The notes: generated from the letters alone by a model not told the origin. 64,000 bases of DNA from a bacterium (GCA_031441465.1 JANOEP010000027.1:13572-77571), one strand, 5' to 3'; shown: positions 1 through 9,812, numbered from the stretch's first letter. Program-made: numbers and translations.

Positions 1-904
1 GTTCGTGGGTCATCGTGGTGCCCGACACCAGCCGGTTGTCGGTGTTCAGGGTGACCCGCAGCCCCTCGTCCAGGAAGCGCTTGATGGGATGGTCCGACCA
101 GCGGGCGATCGCCCGGGTCTGCATGTTGCTCGCGAGGCACACTTCCACCGCGATGCGGCGGTCGTTGACCCACTGCATCAGATCGGGGTCGCGGACCAGG
201 TTGGTGCCGTGCCCGATCCGGTTGGCGCCGCAGTAGTGGATGGCCTGGTGGATGCTCTCGGGGCCGAACGCCTCGCCCGCGTGCACCGTGACCGGCAGGT
301 TGTGGTTGAGCACCACGAAGAAGGCCTGCCGGTGGTCCTTGGCGGGAAAATCCTTCTCGGCGCCCGCCAGGTCGAAGGCCACCACGCCCCGCCCCTTCCA
401 GCGCACCGCCAGCTCCGCCAGTTCCACCGACGAGGCGGGCGAAATGTGTCGGATCCCGCAGATGATCTGCCCGGTGACGATGCCGTAACGCCGGCGCGCC
501 AGGTCGAGGCCGCGCTGCACCGCGGCGACGATCTCGTCCAGGGTCAGCCCCCGCACCGTGTGCAGCATCGGCGAGTAGCGCACTTCCATGTAACGGATGT
601 TCTCGCGGTGCGCGTCCTCGGCCAGTTCGAAGGCGATCCGTTCGATGTCGCCGGCGTGCTGCATGAGCTGCAGGGTGATGTCGAAGACCTTGAGGTAGTC
701 CTCGAGGCTCTCGCACTGCTCGCCCACCTCGCAGACCGCGCGCACGTCGTCGTCGTCGCGGAAGGCGAAGGGCAGGTCGTGGCGCGCCGCCAGTTCGCGG
801 ACCGTGGCCGGGCGCAGCGAACCGTCCAGGTGGACATGAAGGTCGGTCTTGGGGAGGGCGTGCAGGAGTTGGCTGGTGGCCCTGTCGGTCACGTCGGTCG
901 TCAT
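1..904 (-). CDS. add: Adenosine deaminase (runs off the left edge of the window)
   Basis: My own translation of the minus strand from ATG 904 (RBS AGGAG upstream): MTTDVTDRATSQLLHALPKTDLHVHLDGSLRP...YMEVRYSP...GVVAFDLAGAE...VTVHAGEAFGPESIHQAIHYCGANRIGHG...LEVCLASN...VTLNTDNRL, i.e. the ADA metal-binding motifs. It is absent from the ORF track because its stop lies outside the window. Confidence 0.93.
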   Translation of the reverse strand, partial: MTTDVTDRATSQLLHALPKTDLHVHLDGSLRPATVRELAARHDLPFAFRDDDDVRAVCEVGEQCESLEDYLKVFDITLQLMQHAGDIERIAFELAEDAHRENIRYMEVRYSPMLHTVRGLTLDEIVAAVQRGLDLARRRYGIVTGQIICGIRHISPASSVELAELAVRWKGRGVVAFDLAGAEKDFPAKDHRQAFFVVLNHNLPVTVHAGEAFGPESIHQAIHYCGANRIGHGTNLVRDPDLMQWVNDRRIAVEVCLASNMQTRAIARWSDHPIKRFLDEGLRVTLNTDNRLVSGTTMTHE

Positions 905-939
905 CGCGATGCTCCTGTCGAACACCCGGGGGTCATAGC

Positions 940-1171
940 ATCCTGGGCCGGGGACCCCTTTGGGACCCGGCCCAGGATAGAAAGCGCCGATGCGGGCGAT
1001 GGTCCTCCAGGCCTGAAGGCGACTCATTTCCCCAGGCACTGATGCCGGCCGCTCCGCAGCCACGAGTCAAGCTGCGTGGGACCGCACCGACCCTGTGCTG
1101 ACAGGCTGGGCCTTCAGCGAATGATGATACCTCGCCACCAACCCGAAGGCAACCCGTAGGTTGTGACGGCG
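940..1171 (-). ncRNA. Candidate structured leader RNA / riboswitch-like element upstream of add (no family assigned)
   Basis: Nested stems 995-1003/1129-1136 and 1013-1020/1110-1117, internal hairpins, two C(UNCG)G tetraloop hairpins at 1142-1163 on the minus strand, and a long GC hairpin at 940-978. G-U pairs favour the minus strand. Confidence 0.45.
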
Positions 1172-1173
1172 AA

Positions 1174-1202
1174 ATTGTCCCCGGCCGGACTCGTTCTGTC
1201 AC
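1174..1202 (-). promoter_or_regulatory. Putative sigma70-like promoter for the add leader
   Basis: Minus strand GTGACA-N17-GACAAT immediately upstream of the structured region. Confidence 0.35.
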
Positions 1203-1618
1203 CCGGGCCTGGACCTTGGACTTTCGGACCGGCAGCCTCTTTCCCGATGGAATCTTAACTGTCATGAACATAAAGTCTTATCCGGTGAGCGGCTCCACGC
1301 CCGCCGCCGATACTGCCTGGGTTCGACTCGCCGCGCCCCTTCCGGCGGCGAGCCTTCCGTCCCTCCTCACGATTCGAGCGATCCGACTTCCTGCCGAGTC
1401 TGCCGATCGTGAGACCGTCACTGCCGCGGCCGACCGGTCGAGCCCGATGCGCCGTGCGTTCGCTGCTTGTCCGCTCGCGAATCGCCTGGCCTGGACGGTG
1501 TGACTGCACTTCCTGATCCCAGGGACAATCTCCCGGTCACAACCTGGACAACACCCTGGTGAAGCAGTATCTTCCATTCGCAGCGATGGACCCCCACCGC
1601 CCCGAAAGGAGCGCGAGC

Positions 1619-2416
1619 ATGCGTTCGCTCCCGAGTCCGACTCGGCCCCTCGCCGGTTTGGTCCTGATGGCGTTGCTCCTGGGCCTGGCGCCCTCGGTTT
1701 CCCACGCCCAGGACCCGGCCGCCGCCGCCGCGCCCGCCGACAGCGTTCAGGCCCCGGCGCCCACCCGGCTGCGGCACCCCTCGCTCCTGGCCGCCTCGGC
1801 GTCGTTCGTCCATCTGCTACCCCTGCACATCCTCAAGGAGAATGTCGCCGACATCAACGACCTGACCACGGCGGGTACGGGGGTCATGGCCGACATCCGG
1901 GTGAACGTCCTGGACGGACTGGCCCTCTCGGTCGGCGGCATGCGCGGCGGCTTCGGGCTGCGCGACAACAAGCCCGGCGAGATGTCCGCGATCAACGAGC
2001 GGTTCGTCGACAGCGACCCCATCACTCCGGACAACTACCTCCGGCTCGACGGCGTCTTTTTGAACGTCACCGCGTACCTGGGCAACAAGATCACGCCCAA
2101 CTCCCGCTTCAACCCCTACATGCGGGGCAGCGTCCTCTACTACGACTGGGCCCTGCACGAGGACGGACGCGGCAGCGACGTCGTCACCTACCAGGACCAG
2201 GCCCTCGAAGGCCAGAACCTCGGCTTCGGCGCCGGTTTCGGCACCGAGTACCGGTTGAACTCACGGGCGAACCTGGACCTGCAGTTGCTCTGGGGATACG
2301 TCCTGACCGGCGACGAGATCAAGTGGGAGGGCCTGCAGTCGCCGTTCAACGAGAGCTACTACTGGACGAACACCCACTTCTGGAACCTGTCGCTGGGACT
2401 GGTGATCGGGATCTGA
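1619..2416 (+). CDS. Outer-membrane beta-barrel protein (OmpA/OmpW-like small barrel)
   Basis: RBS AAAGGA, signal peptide ending SHA-Q, amphipathic beta-strands (FNPYMRGSVLYY, GFGAGFGTEY, NLSLGLVIGI at the C-terminus). Confidence 0.7.
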   Translation: MRSLPSPTRPLAGLVLMALLLGLAPSVSHAQDPAAAAAPADSVQAPAPTRLRHPSLLAASASFVHLLPLHILKENVADINDLTTAGTGVMADIRVNVLDGLALSVGGMRGGFGLRDNKPGEMSAINERFVDSDPITPDNYLRLDGVFLNVTAYLGNKITPNSRFNPYMRGSVLYYDWALHEDGRGSDVVTYQDQALEGQNLGFGAGFGTEYRLNSRANLDLQLLWGYVLTGDEIKWEGLQSPFNESYYWTNTHFWNLSLGLVIGI

Positions 2417-2439
2417 CCCGCGACCCTCCCGCTTGCACG

Positions 2440-2469
2440 AAGGCCGGCCCCGCGGGGGCCGGCCTTTTT
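2440..2469 (+). terminator. Intrinsic terminator between the convergent OMP and ahcY genes
   Basis: AAGGCCGGCCCC-GCG-GGGGCCGGCC-TTTTT hairpin followed by a T-run. Confidence 0.8.
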
Positions 2470-2492
2470 CGTGCGGACGCCGCGGCCCGGGC

Positions 2493-3770
2493 TCAGGTGC
2501 CCGCGGAATAGTCGTCGGCGTAGAGGACCTGCTCGTCGGTCAGCTTGTCGAGCGACATGCCCATGGTGCGCAGCTTGATGCCGGCGATGTACTGGTCCTG
2601 CGTCTCGGGGATGTCGTGGACGTCGGCGGCGAGGCTGCCGCCCTCGTGCGCGAGCCGGACCATGCTCAGGAACTGGTTCGCGAACGACATGTCCATGACC
2701 TCGCTGGGGTGTCCCTCGGCGGCGGCCAGGTTGACCAGGCGGCCCTGCGCCAGCAGGTAGATGCGCCGGCCGTCGCGCAGGGTGTACTCCTCGCAGTTGT
2801 CGCGGATCTCGCGCTTGCCGGTCGACAGCGAGGCGAGGTCGTCGATGTTGATCTCGCAGTCGTAGTGGCCGGTGTTGCAGACGATGGCGCCGTCGCGCAT
2901 GACCTCGAAGTGCCGCTTGACGATGACGTCCTTCATCCCGGTCGCGGTGATGAAGATGTCGCCGACGGCGGCGGCCTCGTCCATGGTCATGACCCGGTGG
3001 CCGTCGAGGGTCGCCTTCAGGGCGGCCGTGGCCTTGATCTCCGTGGCGATGACGCTGGCGCCGAGGCCGGACGCGCGCATCGCGCAACCCTTGCCGCAGT
3101 GGCCGTAGCCGGCGACGACGAAGTTCTTGCCGGCCAGCAGCACGCTGGTCGCACGGATGATCCCGTCGAGGCTGGACTGGCCGGTGCCGTAGACGTTGTC
3201 GAAGTCCCACTTGGTCTCGGCGTCGTTGACCGCGATGACCGGGTACTTCAGCGCACCGTCGGCGGCCATCGCGCGCAGGCGGTGGATGCCGGTGGTGGTC
3301 TCCTCGGTGCCGCCGACGATCCCCCCGATCAGGTGCGGGTGGCGGTTGTGGACCGAGAAGATGAGGTCGGCGCCGTCGTCGAGCGTGAGGGTGGGCTTGA
3401 AGTCGAGGGTGCGGTCGATGCACCAGTAGAACTCCTCGACGTTCATCCCGTGCCAGGCGTAGATCGAGATGCCGGCGGCCGCCAGGGCGGCGGCCACGTC
3501 GTCCTGCGTGGACAGGGGGTTGCAGCCGCTCCACGAGATCTCGGCGCCCGCGGCGAGCAGGGTCTCGATCAGGACGGCCGTCTCCTTGGTCACGTGCAGG
3601 CAGCCGGCGATGCGCATGCCCTTGAGCGACTGCAGCCGGGCGTGCTCCTCGCGCAGGGACATCATCACCGGCATCCGGCTCTCGGCCCAGTCGATCCGGC
3701 GCCGCCCGGCCGCGGCGAGGCCGGGATCGGCCACCTTGCTGGGAACGGCGCCGGCATGCTTGTTCGTCAT
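2493..3770 (-). CDS. ahcY: S-adenosyl-L-homocysteine hydrolase (adenosylhomocysteinase)
   Basis: Motifs GCLHVTKET, CNPLSTQDD, DDGAD, EETTTG, KWDFDNVYGTGQS, GYGHCGKG, GRLVNLAAAEGHPSEVMDMSF; RBS GAGGAGG. Confidence 0.97.
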   Translation of the reverse strand: MTNKHAGAVPSKVADPGLAAAGRRRIDWAESRMPVMMSLREEHARLQSLKGMRIAGCLHVTKETAVLIETLLAAGAEISWSGCNPLSTQDDVAAALAAAGISIYAWHGMNVEEFYWCIDRTLDFKPTLTLDDGADLIFSVHNRHPHLIGGIVGGTEETTTGIHRLRAMAADGALKYPVIAVNDAETKWDFDNVYGTGQSSLDGIIRATSVLLAGKNFVVAGYGHCGKGCAMRASGLGASVIATEIKATAALKATLDGHRVMTMDEAAAVGDIFITATGMKDVIVKRHFEVMRDGAIVCNTGHYDCEINIDDLASLSTGKREIRDNCEEYTLRDGRRIYLLAQGRLVNLAAAEGHPSEVMDMSFANQFLSMVRLAHEGGSLAADVHDIPETQDQYIAGIKLRTMGMSLDKLTDEQVLYADDYSAGT

Positions 3771-3790
3771 CATCGTCCTCCTCTTGCGGG

Positions 3791-4837
3791 TCAGTGCGGG
3801 ACGGGTCCCGCCTCGTCGGTCGCGGATGGGGCGGCCGCGGCGGGAGTCTTCTCCCCCACGGCCAGGAACACGTCGGGCCAGACCGCGCCGCGGTCCTGCA
3901 GGCCGGGCGGCAGGGAGACCCGAGCCAGGTCGATCTGCGCCGGACGGCGCACGAGGTAACGGCGCGGGGCGAGTGCGTGGCGCGCGAAGAACGCCAGCAT
4001 CTCCTCGCGGGAGAAACCGAGCCACTGGTGGGCCAGTTCCTCGCGCATCCACTGCAGATTGTGGCTCGTGAAGGCCACCACGACCACCTTGCCGCCGGGG
4101 CGCACCACGCGGGCCATCTCGCTCACGGCCTGCCCGGGGCTGGCAACGTGGTGCAGCACCATCGAGCAGTAGGCGGCGTCGAAGGCGCCGTCGGCGAACG
4201 GCAGAGCCTGGACGTCCGCGCTCCGGAACCGGACGCCGGCGATCTGCTCGCGCTCGCAAAGCTGGCGTGCGCGCTCGAGCATCGCCTCGCTGGTGTCCAC
4301 GGCGGTGACGGTCGCGCCCGTTCCCGCGAGCAGGGGCAGCAGGGCGCCCGTGCCGGTGCCGATGTCCAGGACCGCGAGCCCGGGCGGAACCAGGGCCGCC
4401 ACGGCGCCGGCCTGGATGTCGGGGGCCTCGAAGGCGGGGCGGATCTGGTCCCAGGCGCCGGCGATCCCCGCGAAGAACTCACCCGTGCGGCGGTCGCGGT
4501 CGGCCAGCACGCGGCGCAGCGCCTCGTCGTCGCCGGCGGCCTCGGGCACTCGGCCCGCCGAGGCGAGGACGGCATCCAGCAGGCCCGCATCGGCGCCCAG
4601 GGCGGACCGGTCGGCCAATCCGTACCAGCCCCAGGTCCCGTCCTTGCGATGGCTCAGCCAGCCCGCGTCACGCAGGACGGCCAGGTGCTTCGAGACGCCG
4701 GGTTGGCTCAAGCCGAGGATCTGCACCATGTCCTGGACGGTCAATTCTCCCCGCCCGAGCAACCGCAGCAGCCGCAGCCGCGTCGGATCGCCGACGGCCT
4801 GGTACATGGCTGCAGGGTGCTGGAATTGGGTGACCAC
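3791..4837 (-). CDS. sahR: ArsR-family HTH fused to a class I SAM-binding (methyltransferase-like) domain; SahR-type regulator
   Basis: N-terminal ArsR motif (GDPTRLRLL...SQPGVSKHLAVLRDAG), C-terminal VLDIGTGTG...LPFADGAFD...MVLHH...RPGG; sits directly upstream of ahcY, the known sahR-ahcY arrangement. Confidence 0.85.
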   Translation of the reverse strand: MVTQFQHPAAMYQAVGDPTRLRLLRLLGRGELTVQDMVQILGLSQPGVSKHLAVLRDAGWLSHRKDGTWGWYGLADRSALGADAGLLDAVLASAGRVPEAAGDDEALRRVLADRDRRTGEFFAGIAGAWDQIRPAFEAPDIQAGAVAALVPPGLAVLDIGTGTGALLPLLAGTGATVTAVDTSEAMLERARQLCEREQIAGVRFRSADVQALPFADGAFDAAYCSMVLHHVASPGQAVSEMARVVRPGGKVVVVAFTSHNLQWMREELAHQWLGFSREEMLAFFARHALAPRRYLVRRPAQIDLARVSLPPGLQDRGAVWPDVFLAVGEKTPAAAAPSATDEAGPVPH

Positions 4838-4857
4838 AGTCTCCGCCTGCCGAACAA

Positions 4858-4879
4858 TGAATCGCTAAATAACGATACA
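4858..4879. promoter_or_regulatory. Imperfect palindrome, candidate SahR autoregulatory operator
   Basis: TGAATCGCTAAATAACGATACA in an AT-rich patch about 20 bp upstream of the sahR start. Confidence 0.45.
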
Positions 4880-4953
4880 GAAATATAAATGAGTTCCAGC
4901 CGTTCAGCAACCAGAAATGCCGACATGAAATACCTACGCGGGAGGCCCGGTCA

Positions 4954-6363
4954 TCAGTGACCGGACACCCCCAAGACATCGTGGAGCGCCTCCTGGAGGC
5001 CTTCGCTGAGTGTGGGGTGCGGGTGCACGACCCGGCTCCAGACCGCCAATCCCCCCCCGAACCCCAGAGCGGTGGCGGCGGCGGCGATCAGGTCCGTGGC
5101 GTGGGGCCCAACCATGTGGACGCCGAGGACCCTGTCGCCGGATCCTTCGGCAACCACCTTCACGAAGCCATGCAATTCATTGAGGATGGAGGCTTTGCCG
5201 AGAGCGGACATCGGGAAGCGCCCCACGCGGACCTCGTGGCCTCGGGCACGGGCCTCCTCTTCCGTCAGGCCGACGGAAGCGACCTCGGGAGAACAGTAGG
5301 TGCAGGAGGGGATGAGATCGAGATCGAGCGGCGTCACCGCCAGCCCCGCGGCGTGTCCGGCGGCGACCAGCGCCTGGGCGCTGGCGGTGTGGGCCAGTTG
5401 GGGCGCCAGCGTGATGTCGCCGATGGCGTAGACGCCCGGCGCCGCCGTCAGCTGGAAAGCGTCGGTCTGGACGAAGCCGCGCCGGTCCACGACGGCACCG
5501 GCTTCGGCCAAGCCGAGGCCCTCGGTGACCGGCCGGCGGCCGACCGCCAGCAGCAGGTGCGAGGCCGTGCGCACCGCCGACTCGCCGGTCGCGAGGTTCT
5601 TGAGTTCGACCTCCACGAGGTCGCCGGCGCGTTCGACCCGCACGGCGCGGTGGCCGCAGAGCACGCCGATCTTGCGGCGGACCAGCGCCTGCTCGATCTC
5701 GCGCGAACAATCGGCGTCTTCCAGCGGCAGGACCCGCGGCAGCATCTCCACCAGCGTCACCACACCGCCGAAGGCCGCGACGACATCGGCGAACTCGACG
5801 CCGACCGCACCGGCGCCCAGCACGATCAGGGACGGCGGCACGGCCGGGATCTCGAGCAGGTGGTCGCTGGTCAGGATCCGCTCGCCGTCGGGCTGCACCC
5901 CGGGGACGGCGCTGGCCGCCGAACCGGTGGCGACGATGATCTTCGGCGCCAGCAGGACTGCCGGGGATTCGCCGACCCGCTCCACGACCACGCGGCCGGG
6001 GCCGTCGAGGCGGCCGCGGCCGCGCACGACCTCGACGCCGGCGTCGTCCAGCAGCGCGGCGACACCGAGAGCGCCCTTGCGCACGACCGTCTCCTTGCGC
6101 TTCTGGACCTTCGTCCAGTCGAAGCCGGCGGCGGTAACATCCACGCCGAAGGTCTTCGCTCCCTTGCGGCACAATTCCCAGGTGCGCGCCGACTGCAGCA
6201 GCGCCTTGGTCGGGATGCAACCGCGCAGCAGGCAGGTGCCGCCGAGCCGCTCGTCCTTCTCGACCAGGACGGTGCGCAGCCCGAGTCGGGCGCCGCGCGC
6301 GGCGGCCACGTAGCCGCCCGGCCCGGCGCCGATCACGACAAGGTCGCAGGATCGTTCGCTCAT
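4954..6363 (-). CDS. lpdA: Dihydrolipoyl dehydrogenase (E3)
   Basis: VIGAGPGGY, redox disulfide GGTCLLRGCIP, GAGAVGVE, C-terminal HPHPTLSE. Confidence 0.93.
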   Translation of the reverse strand: MSERSCDLVVIGAGPGGYVAAARGARLGLRTVLVEKDERLGGTCLLRGCIPTKALLQSARTWELCRKGAKTFGVDVTAAGFDWTKVQKRKETVVRKGALGVAALLDDAGVEVVRGRGRLDGPGRVVVERVGESPAVLLAPKIIVATGSAASAVPGVQPDGERILTSDHLLEIPAVPPSLIVLGAGAVGVEFADVVAAFGGVVTLVEMLPRVLPLEDADCSREIEQALVRRKIGVLCGHRAVRVERAGDLVEVELKNLATGESAVRTASHLLLAVGRRPVTEGLGLAEAGAVVDRRGFVQTDAFQLTAAPGVYAIGDITLAPQLAHTASAQALVAAGHAAGLAVTPLDLDLIPSCTYCSPEVASVGLTEEEARARGHEVRVGRFPMSALGKASILNELHGFVKVVAEGSGDRVLGVHMVGPHATDLIAAAATALGFGGGLAVWSRVVHPHPTLSEGLQEALHDVLGVSGH

Positions 6364-6560
6364 GGTCTTCTCCCGGGGATGTCGTCCGCGGCGGAGCCGG
6401 CGGGGCCGCGCCGCGTCCATCATAGGAGCCGGCCGGCGGGAACGCCAGCCGCGACGCGGGCCGGCGCCGCCCCCTCTCCGGCGTTGACGAAACGGGTCGC
6501 GCAGGTTCTGATGGGCCAGGCTCGCCACGGCGGCGGACCGCTCACGACAGGAGAAACGCC

Positions 6561-7904
6561 ATGTCCGACACCACCGCCTCGGCGGCCCCGGGACGCTTCC
6601 ACCCGGCCGGACGTCCGTACCGGCTGATCGTGCTGGGCTTCGCCAGCCTGCTGACCTTCGGCAGCTACTTCGCCTACGACATCATCGGGGCCCTGGCGCC
6701 CTCGCTGGTGAAGGATCTGGGCGCCTCGCGCAGCATCATCGGCGGCTTCTACACCGCGTACAGCGTGGCGGCGATCCTGGCGGTGTTCGCCAGCGGATTC
6801 CTCATCGACCGTCTGGGCACGCGCCGCTCGAGCATGATCTTCTCGGTCCTGGTGCTGTGCGGCGCGCTCGTGGTGGCCTCGGCCAAGACGATCCCGATGG
6901 TCTTCGTCGGACGCTTCATTTTCGGGGCCGGCGCCGAACCGCTGGTCGTCGCCCAGAGCGCCATCCTCGCCCGCTGGTTCCGCAACAAGGAGATCGCCCT
7001 GGCCTTCGGCATCTCCCTGACGGTCTCGCGCCTGGGCACGCTGTTCGCGTTCAACACCGGCGAATTGATCGCCCAGACCTTCGGCGGTTACCGGGCCGGC
7101 CTGGTCGCGGCCGCGATCTTCTGCTGCGTCTCGCTGCTGGGCAACATCGTCTACGTGATCCTGGACCGCCGCGGCGAGCGCCACCTGCCCCACCTCCAGG
7201 AAACCGGCGCCGAGGACAAGATCACCCTCTCGCACATCCTGAAGCTCAGCCCCAGCTTCTGGTACGTGACGCTGCTCTGCCTGACCTTCTACTCCGCGGT
7301 GTTCCCCTTCACGGCCCTGAGCACCGACTTCTTCGTCGACAAGTGGGGCGTGCAGCGCGTGGCCGAGGCGAGCGGGGGTTTCCTCGCCAACGTCTTCACC
7401 AGCTTCCTGCACATGTTCGAGACCGCCGGCGGGCTCTCCTCGATCATCATCTTCGCCTCGATGATCTGCGCACCGTTCGCCGGCCTGCTGGTCGACCGGG
7501 TGGGGCGGCGGGCGACGATGATGCTGGTGGGCTCGATCCTGATGATCCCGGCCTACCTGCTGCTCGGATTGACCGACATCTACCCGGTGCTGCCGATGCT
7601 CGTGCTGGGCGCCGCCTTCGTGCTGGTCCCGGCGGCGATGTGGCCGGCGATCCCGATGGTGGTCAAGGCCGAGCACACGGGCACCGCCTTCGGCCTCTGC
7701 ACCGCGATCCAGAACATCGGTTTGGCCATCTTCCCCTTACTGAACGGGTGGCTGCGCGACGCCACCCAGGGCTACAGCGCCAGCATGCTGATGTTCGCCG
7801 GGCTCGGCGTCGTGGGGTTCGTCTTCGCGCTGCTGCTGAAACGCGCCGACCGCGCCGGCGGCAGCGTGCTGGAGCACAAGCCGCGCCGCGAGGCCGGGGT
7901 TTGA
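6561..7904 (+). CDS. MFS transporter (MFSD1-like)
   Basis: About 12 hydrophobic segments; motif A GFLIDRLGTRR and GLLVDRVGRR; N-terminal FGSYFAYD. Confidence 0.88.
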   Translation: MSDTTASAAPGRFHPAGRPYRLIVLGFASLLTFGSYFAYDIIGALAPSLVKDLGASRSIIGGFYTAYSVAAILAVFASGFLIDRLGTRRSSMIFSVLVLCGALVVASAKTIPMVFVGRFIFGAGAEPLVVAQSAILARWFRNKEIALAFGISLTVSRLGTLFAFNTGELIAQTFGGYRAGLVAAAIFCCVSLLGNIVYVILDRRGERHLPHLQETGAEDKITLSHILKLSPSFWYVTLLCLTFYSAVFPFTALSTDFFVDKWGVQRVAEASGGFLANVFTSFLHMFETAGGLSSIIIFASMICAPFAGLLVDRVGRRATMMLVGSILMIPAYLLLGLTDIYPVLPMLVLGAAFVLVPAAMWPAIPMVVKAEHTGTAFGLCTAIQNIGLAIFPLLNGWLRDATQGYSASMLMFAGLGVVGFVFALLLKRADRAGGSVLEHKPRREAGV

Positions 7905-7998
7905 CGCCCATGCGGACGCCGCCTATCATACCGACGCCCGCCGCGCGGGCCCGGCGCCGCATTCGGCGGCCGCCGATGCACGAGAGCCTGGAGGCCCC

Positions 7999-8781
7999 AT
8001 GAAGATCGCCGTTTGCGTGAAGCAGGTCCCCGATTCGGAGACGCGGATCGCCCTGGCCGCCCCGGGCCCGGTGCTCGATCGGTCCGGCTTCACCCGCGTG
8101 TTGAACCCCTACGACGCCTACGCCGTCGAGGAGGCGGTCCGCATCAAGGAGCGCCTGGGCGCCGATTGCGAGATCACCGCCGTGACGATCGGCCCCGACC
8201 GCGCCGTCGAGACGCTGAAGAAGGACTGCCTCGCGGTGGGCTGCGACCGTGCGATCCGGGTGAACGAGCCCGCGCTGGAAAACGCCGAACCGCTGCAGAC
8301 GGCGAAGGTGCTCGCGGCGGTGCTGCGGCGGGGCGGCTACGACCTGATCCTGACCGGCAAGCAGGCCATCGACGACGACAGCGCCCAGGTGGGCCCGATG
8401 CTCGCCGAGCTGCTGGATTGCGCACAGGCGACGGTGGTGACGAAGCTGGAACTGGACGAGGGAACCTTCACCGCCACCTGCGAGATCGAGGGCGGCGCCG
8501 CCATCGTCCAGGGCACCTTGCCCGCGGTCGTCACCTGCCAGAAGGGCCTGAACGAGCCGCGCCTGCCCAGTCTGCCAAACATCATGAAGGCCGGACTGAA
8601 GCCGCAGGAAACCCTGACCTGCGCCGATCTGGGTCTCGAGATCCCCGCAGCCCGCTCCCGGGTCACGACGTACACCCCGCCCCCGCCGCGCGCCGCGTGC
8701 CGGATGGTCGCCGCCGACGATCCCGCCGCCGCCGCCCGGGAACTGGCGCGCCTGCTGCGCGACGAAGCCAAGGTCATCTGA
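7999..8781 (+). CDS. etfB: Electron transfer flavoprotein subunit beta
   Basis: MKIAVCVKQVPD, NPYDAYAVEEA, GKQAIDDDSAQVGPMLA, NEPRLPSL. Confidence 0.96.
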   Translation: MKIAVCVKQVPDSETRIALAAPGPVLDRSGFTRVLNPYDAYAVEEAVRIKERLGADCEITAVTIGPDRAVETLKKDCLAVGCDRAIRVNEPALENAEPLQTAKVLAAVLRRGGYDLILTGKQAIDDDSAQVGPMLAELLDCAQATVVTKLELDEGTFTATCEIEGGAAIVQGTLPAVVTCQKGLNEPRLPSLPNIMKAGLKPQETLTCADLGLEIPAARSRVTTYTPPPPRAACRMVAADDPAAAARELARLLRDEAKVI

Positions 8782-8794
8782 CGGGAGACTGGAC

Positions 8795-9772
8795 ATGCCG
8801 AACATCGCCGTTTTCATCGAGCAGAGCGGGGGAACCGCCAAGAAGGTCGCCTGGCAGATGACGGCCGAGGCGCGCCGCCTCGTCGACCGGACGGGCGGCG
8901 AGGTCTGGGCCGTCATCCTGGGAGACGCCGCCGCGGCCGTCGACGCCGGTCGCCACGGCGCCCACCGCGTCTTCGTCGCCGAAGGCGACGCCTTCGCCCG
9001 TTACAACTCCGAGACGTGGACCAGGGCCCTGGCCTCCTTCGTCGCGTCCCGCCACCCCGACCTCCTGCTGGTGGGCGCGACCGCGATGGGCAAGGACTTC
9101 GCACCCCGACTGGCGGCGCGGCTGGACGCGGCCTGTGTGAGCGACTGCGTCGGTCTGGCGTTCGACGGGGGCTTCTCGCTGCGCCGACCGATCTTTGCCG
9201 GCAAGTGCTACACCGAGACGGCGATCGACGCGCCGGTGGCGGTGGTCGGCGTGCGGCCGAACGCCTTCCCCCTGCTCGTGGACGGCGACGCCGGCCAGGG
9301 ACGGGACGCGACCACCGAGAGCTTCGACCCCGGCCTGGACGGCTTCGTGCCGCACGCCGCAATCGTCGAGACGCGGACTTCGGCGGAGAAGAAGATCGAG
9401 CTGACCGAGGCGGAGGTCATCGTCTCGGGCGGCCGCGGGCTCAAGGAAGCCGCCAACTACCGGCTGATCGAGGAGCTGGCGGCGGCCATGGGCGCCGCGG
9501 CGGGCGCCAGCCGCGCCATCGTCGACGCGGGCTGGGTGCCCCACTCCCACCAGGTCGGCCAGACCGGCAAAACCGTCAGCCCCAAGCTCTACGTGGCGGT
9601 GGGAATCAGCGGCGCGATCCAGCACCTCGCGGGCATGAGTTCCTCGAAGTGCATCGTGGCGATCAACAAGGACCCCAACGCCCCGATCTTCAAGGCCGCC
9701 GATTACGGCATCGCGGCCGATCTGTTCGAGGTCGTGCCGGCGCTGCGGGCCGCGATCCAGGCCCTGGACTGA
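8795..9772 (+). CDS. etfA: Electron transfer flavoprotein subunit alpha
   Basis: [57 protein letters not shown]. Confidence 0.96.
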   Translation: MPNIAVFIEQSGGTAKKVAWQMTAEARRLVDRTGGEVWAVILGDAAAAVDAGRHGAHRVFVAEGDAFARYNSETWTRALASFVASRHPDLLLVGATAMGKDFAPRLAARLDAACVSDCVGLAFDGGFSLRRPIFAGKCYTETAIDAPVAVVGVRPNAFPLLVDGDAGQGRDATTESFDPGLDGFVPHAAIVETRTSAEKKIELTEAEVIVSGGRGLKEAANYRLIEELAAAMGAAAGASRAIVDAGWVPHSHQVGQTGKTVSPKLYVAVGISGAIQHLAGMSSSKCIVAINKDPNAPIFKAADYGIAADLFEVVPALRAAIQALD

Positions 9773-9812
9773 CGAGGGCCCGACACCGCCGCGATCGTGC
9801 ACCACCATGCAG

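Noticed and set aside
5..1042. 345-aa plus-strand ORF in the supplied track
   Set aside because: Antisense shadow of the real minus-strand adenosine deaminase gene; no recognisable motifs.
995..1140. Glycine riboswitch (GCUGAAGG...UCAGGC...GGAC), ZTP riboswitch, SRP, or a tRNA-like ACCA end
   Set aside because: Key conserved elements are missing (GGAGA of glycine aptamers, SRP helix-8 motif, T-loop); kept only as an unassigned structured RNA.
1280..1347. tRNA-Sec-like words (TCCGGTGAG.CGGCT ... GGTTCGACTC ... CTTCCG)
   Set aside because: No UCA anticodon arm, and the acceptor and T stems do not pair; not a tRNA.
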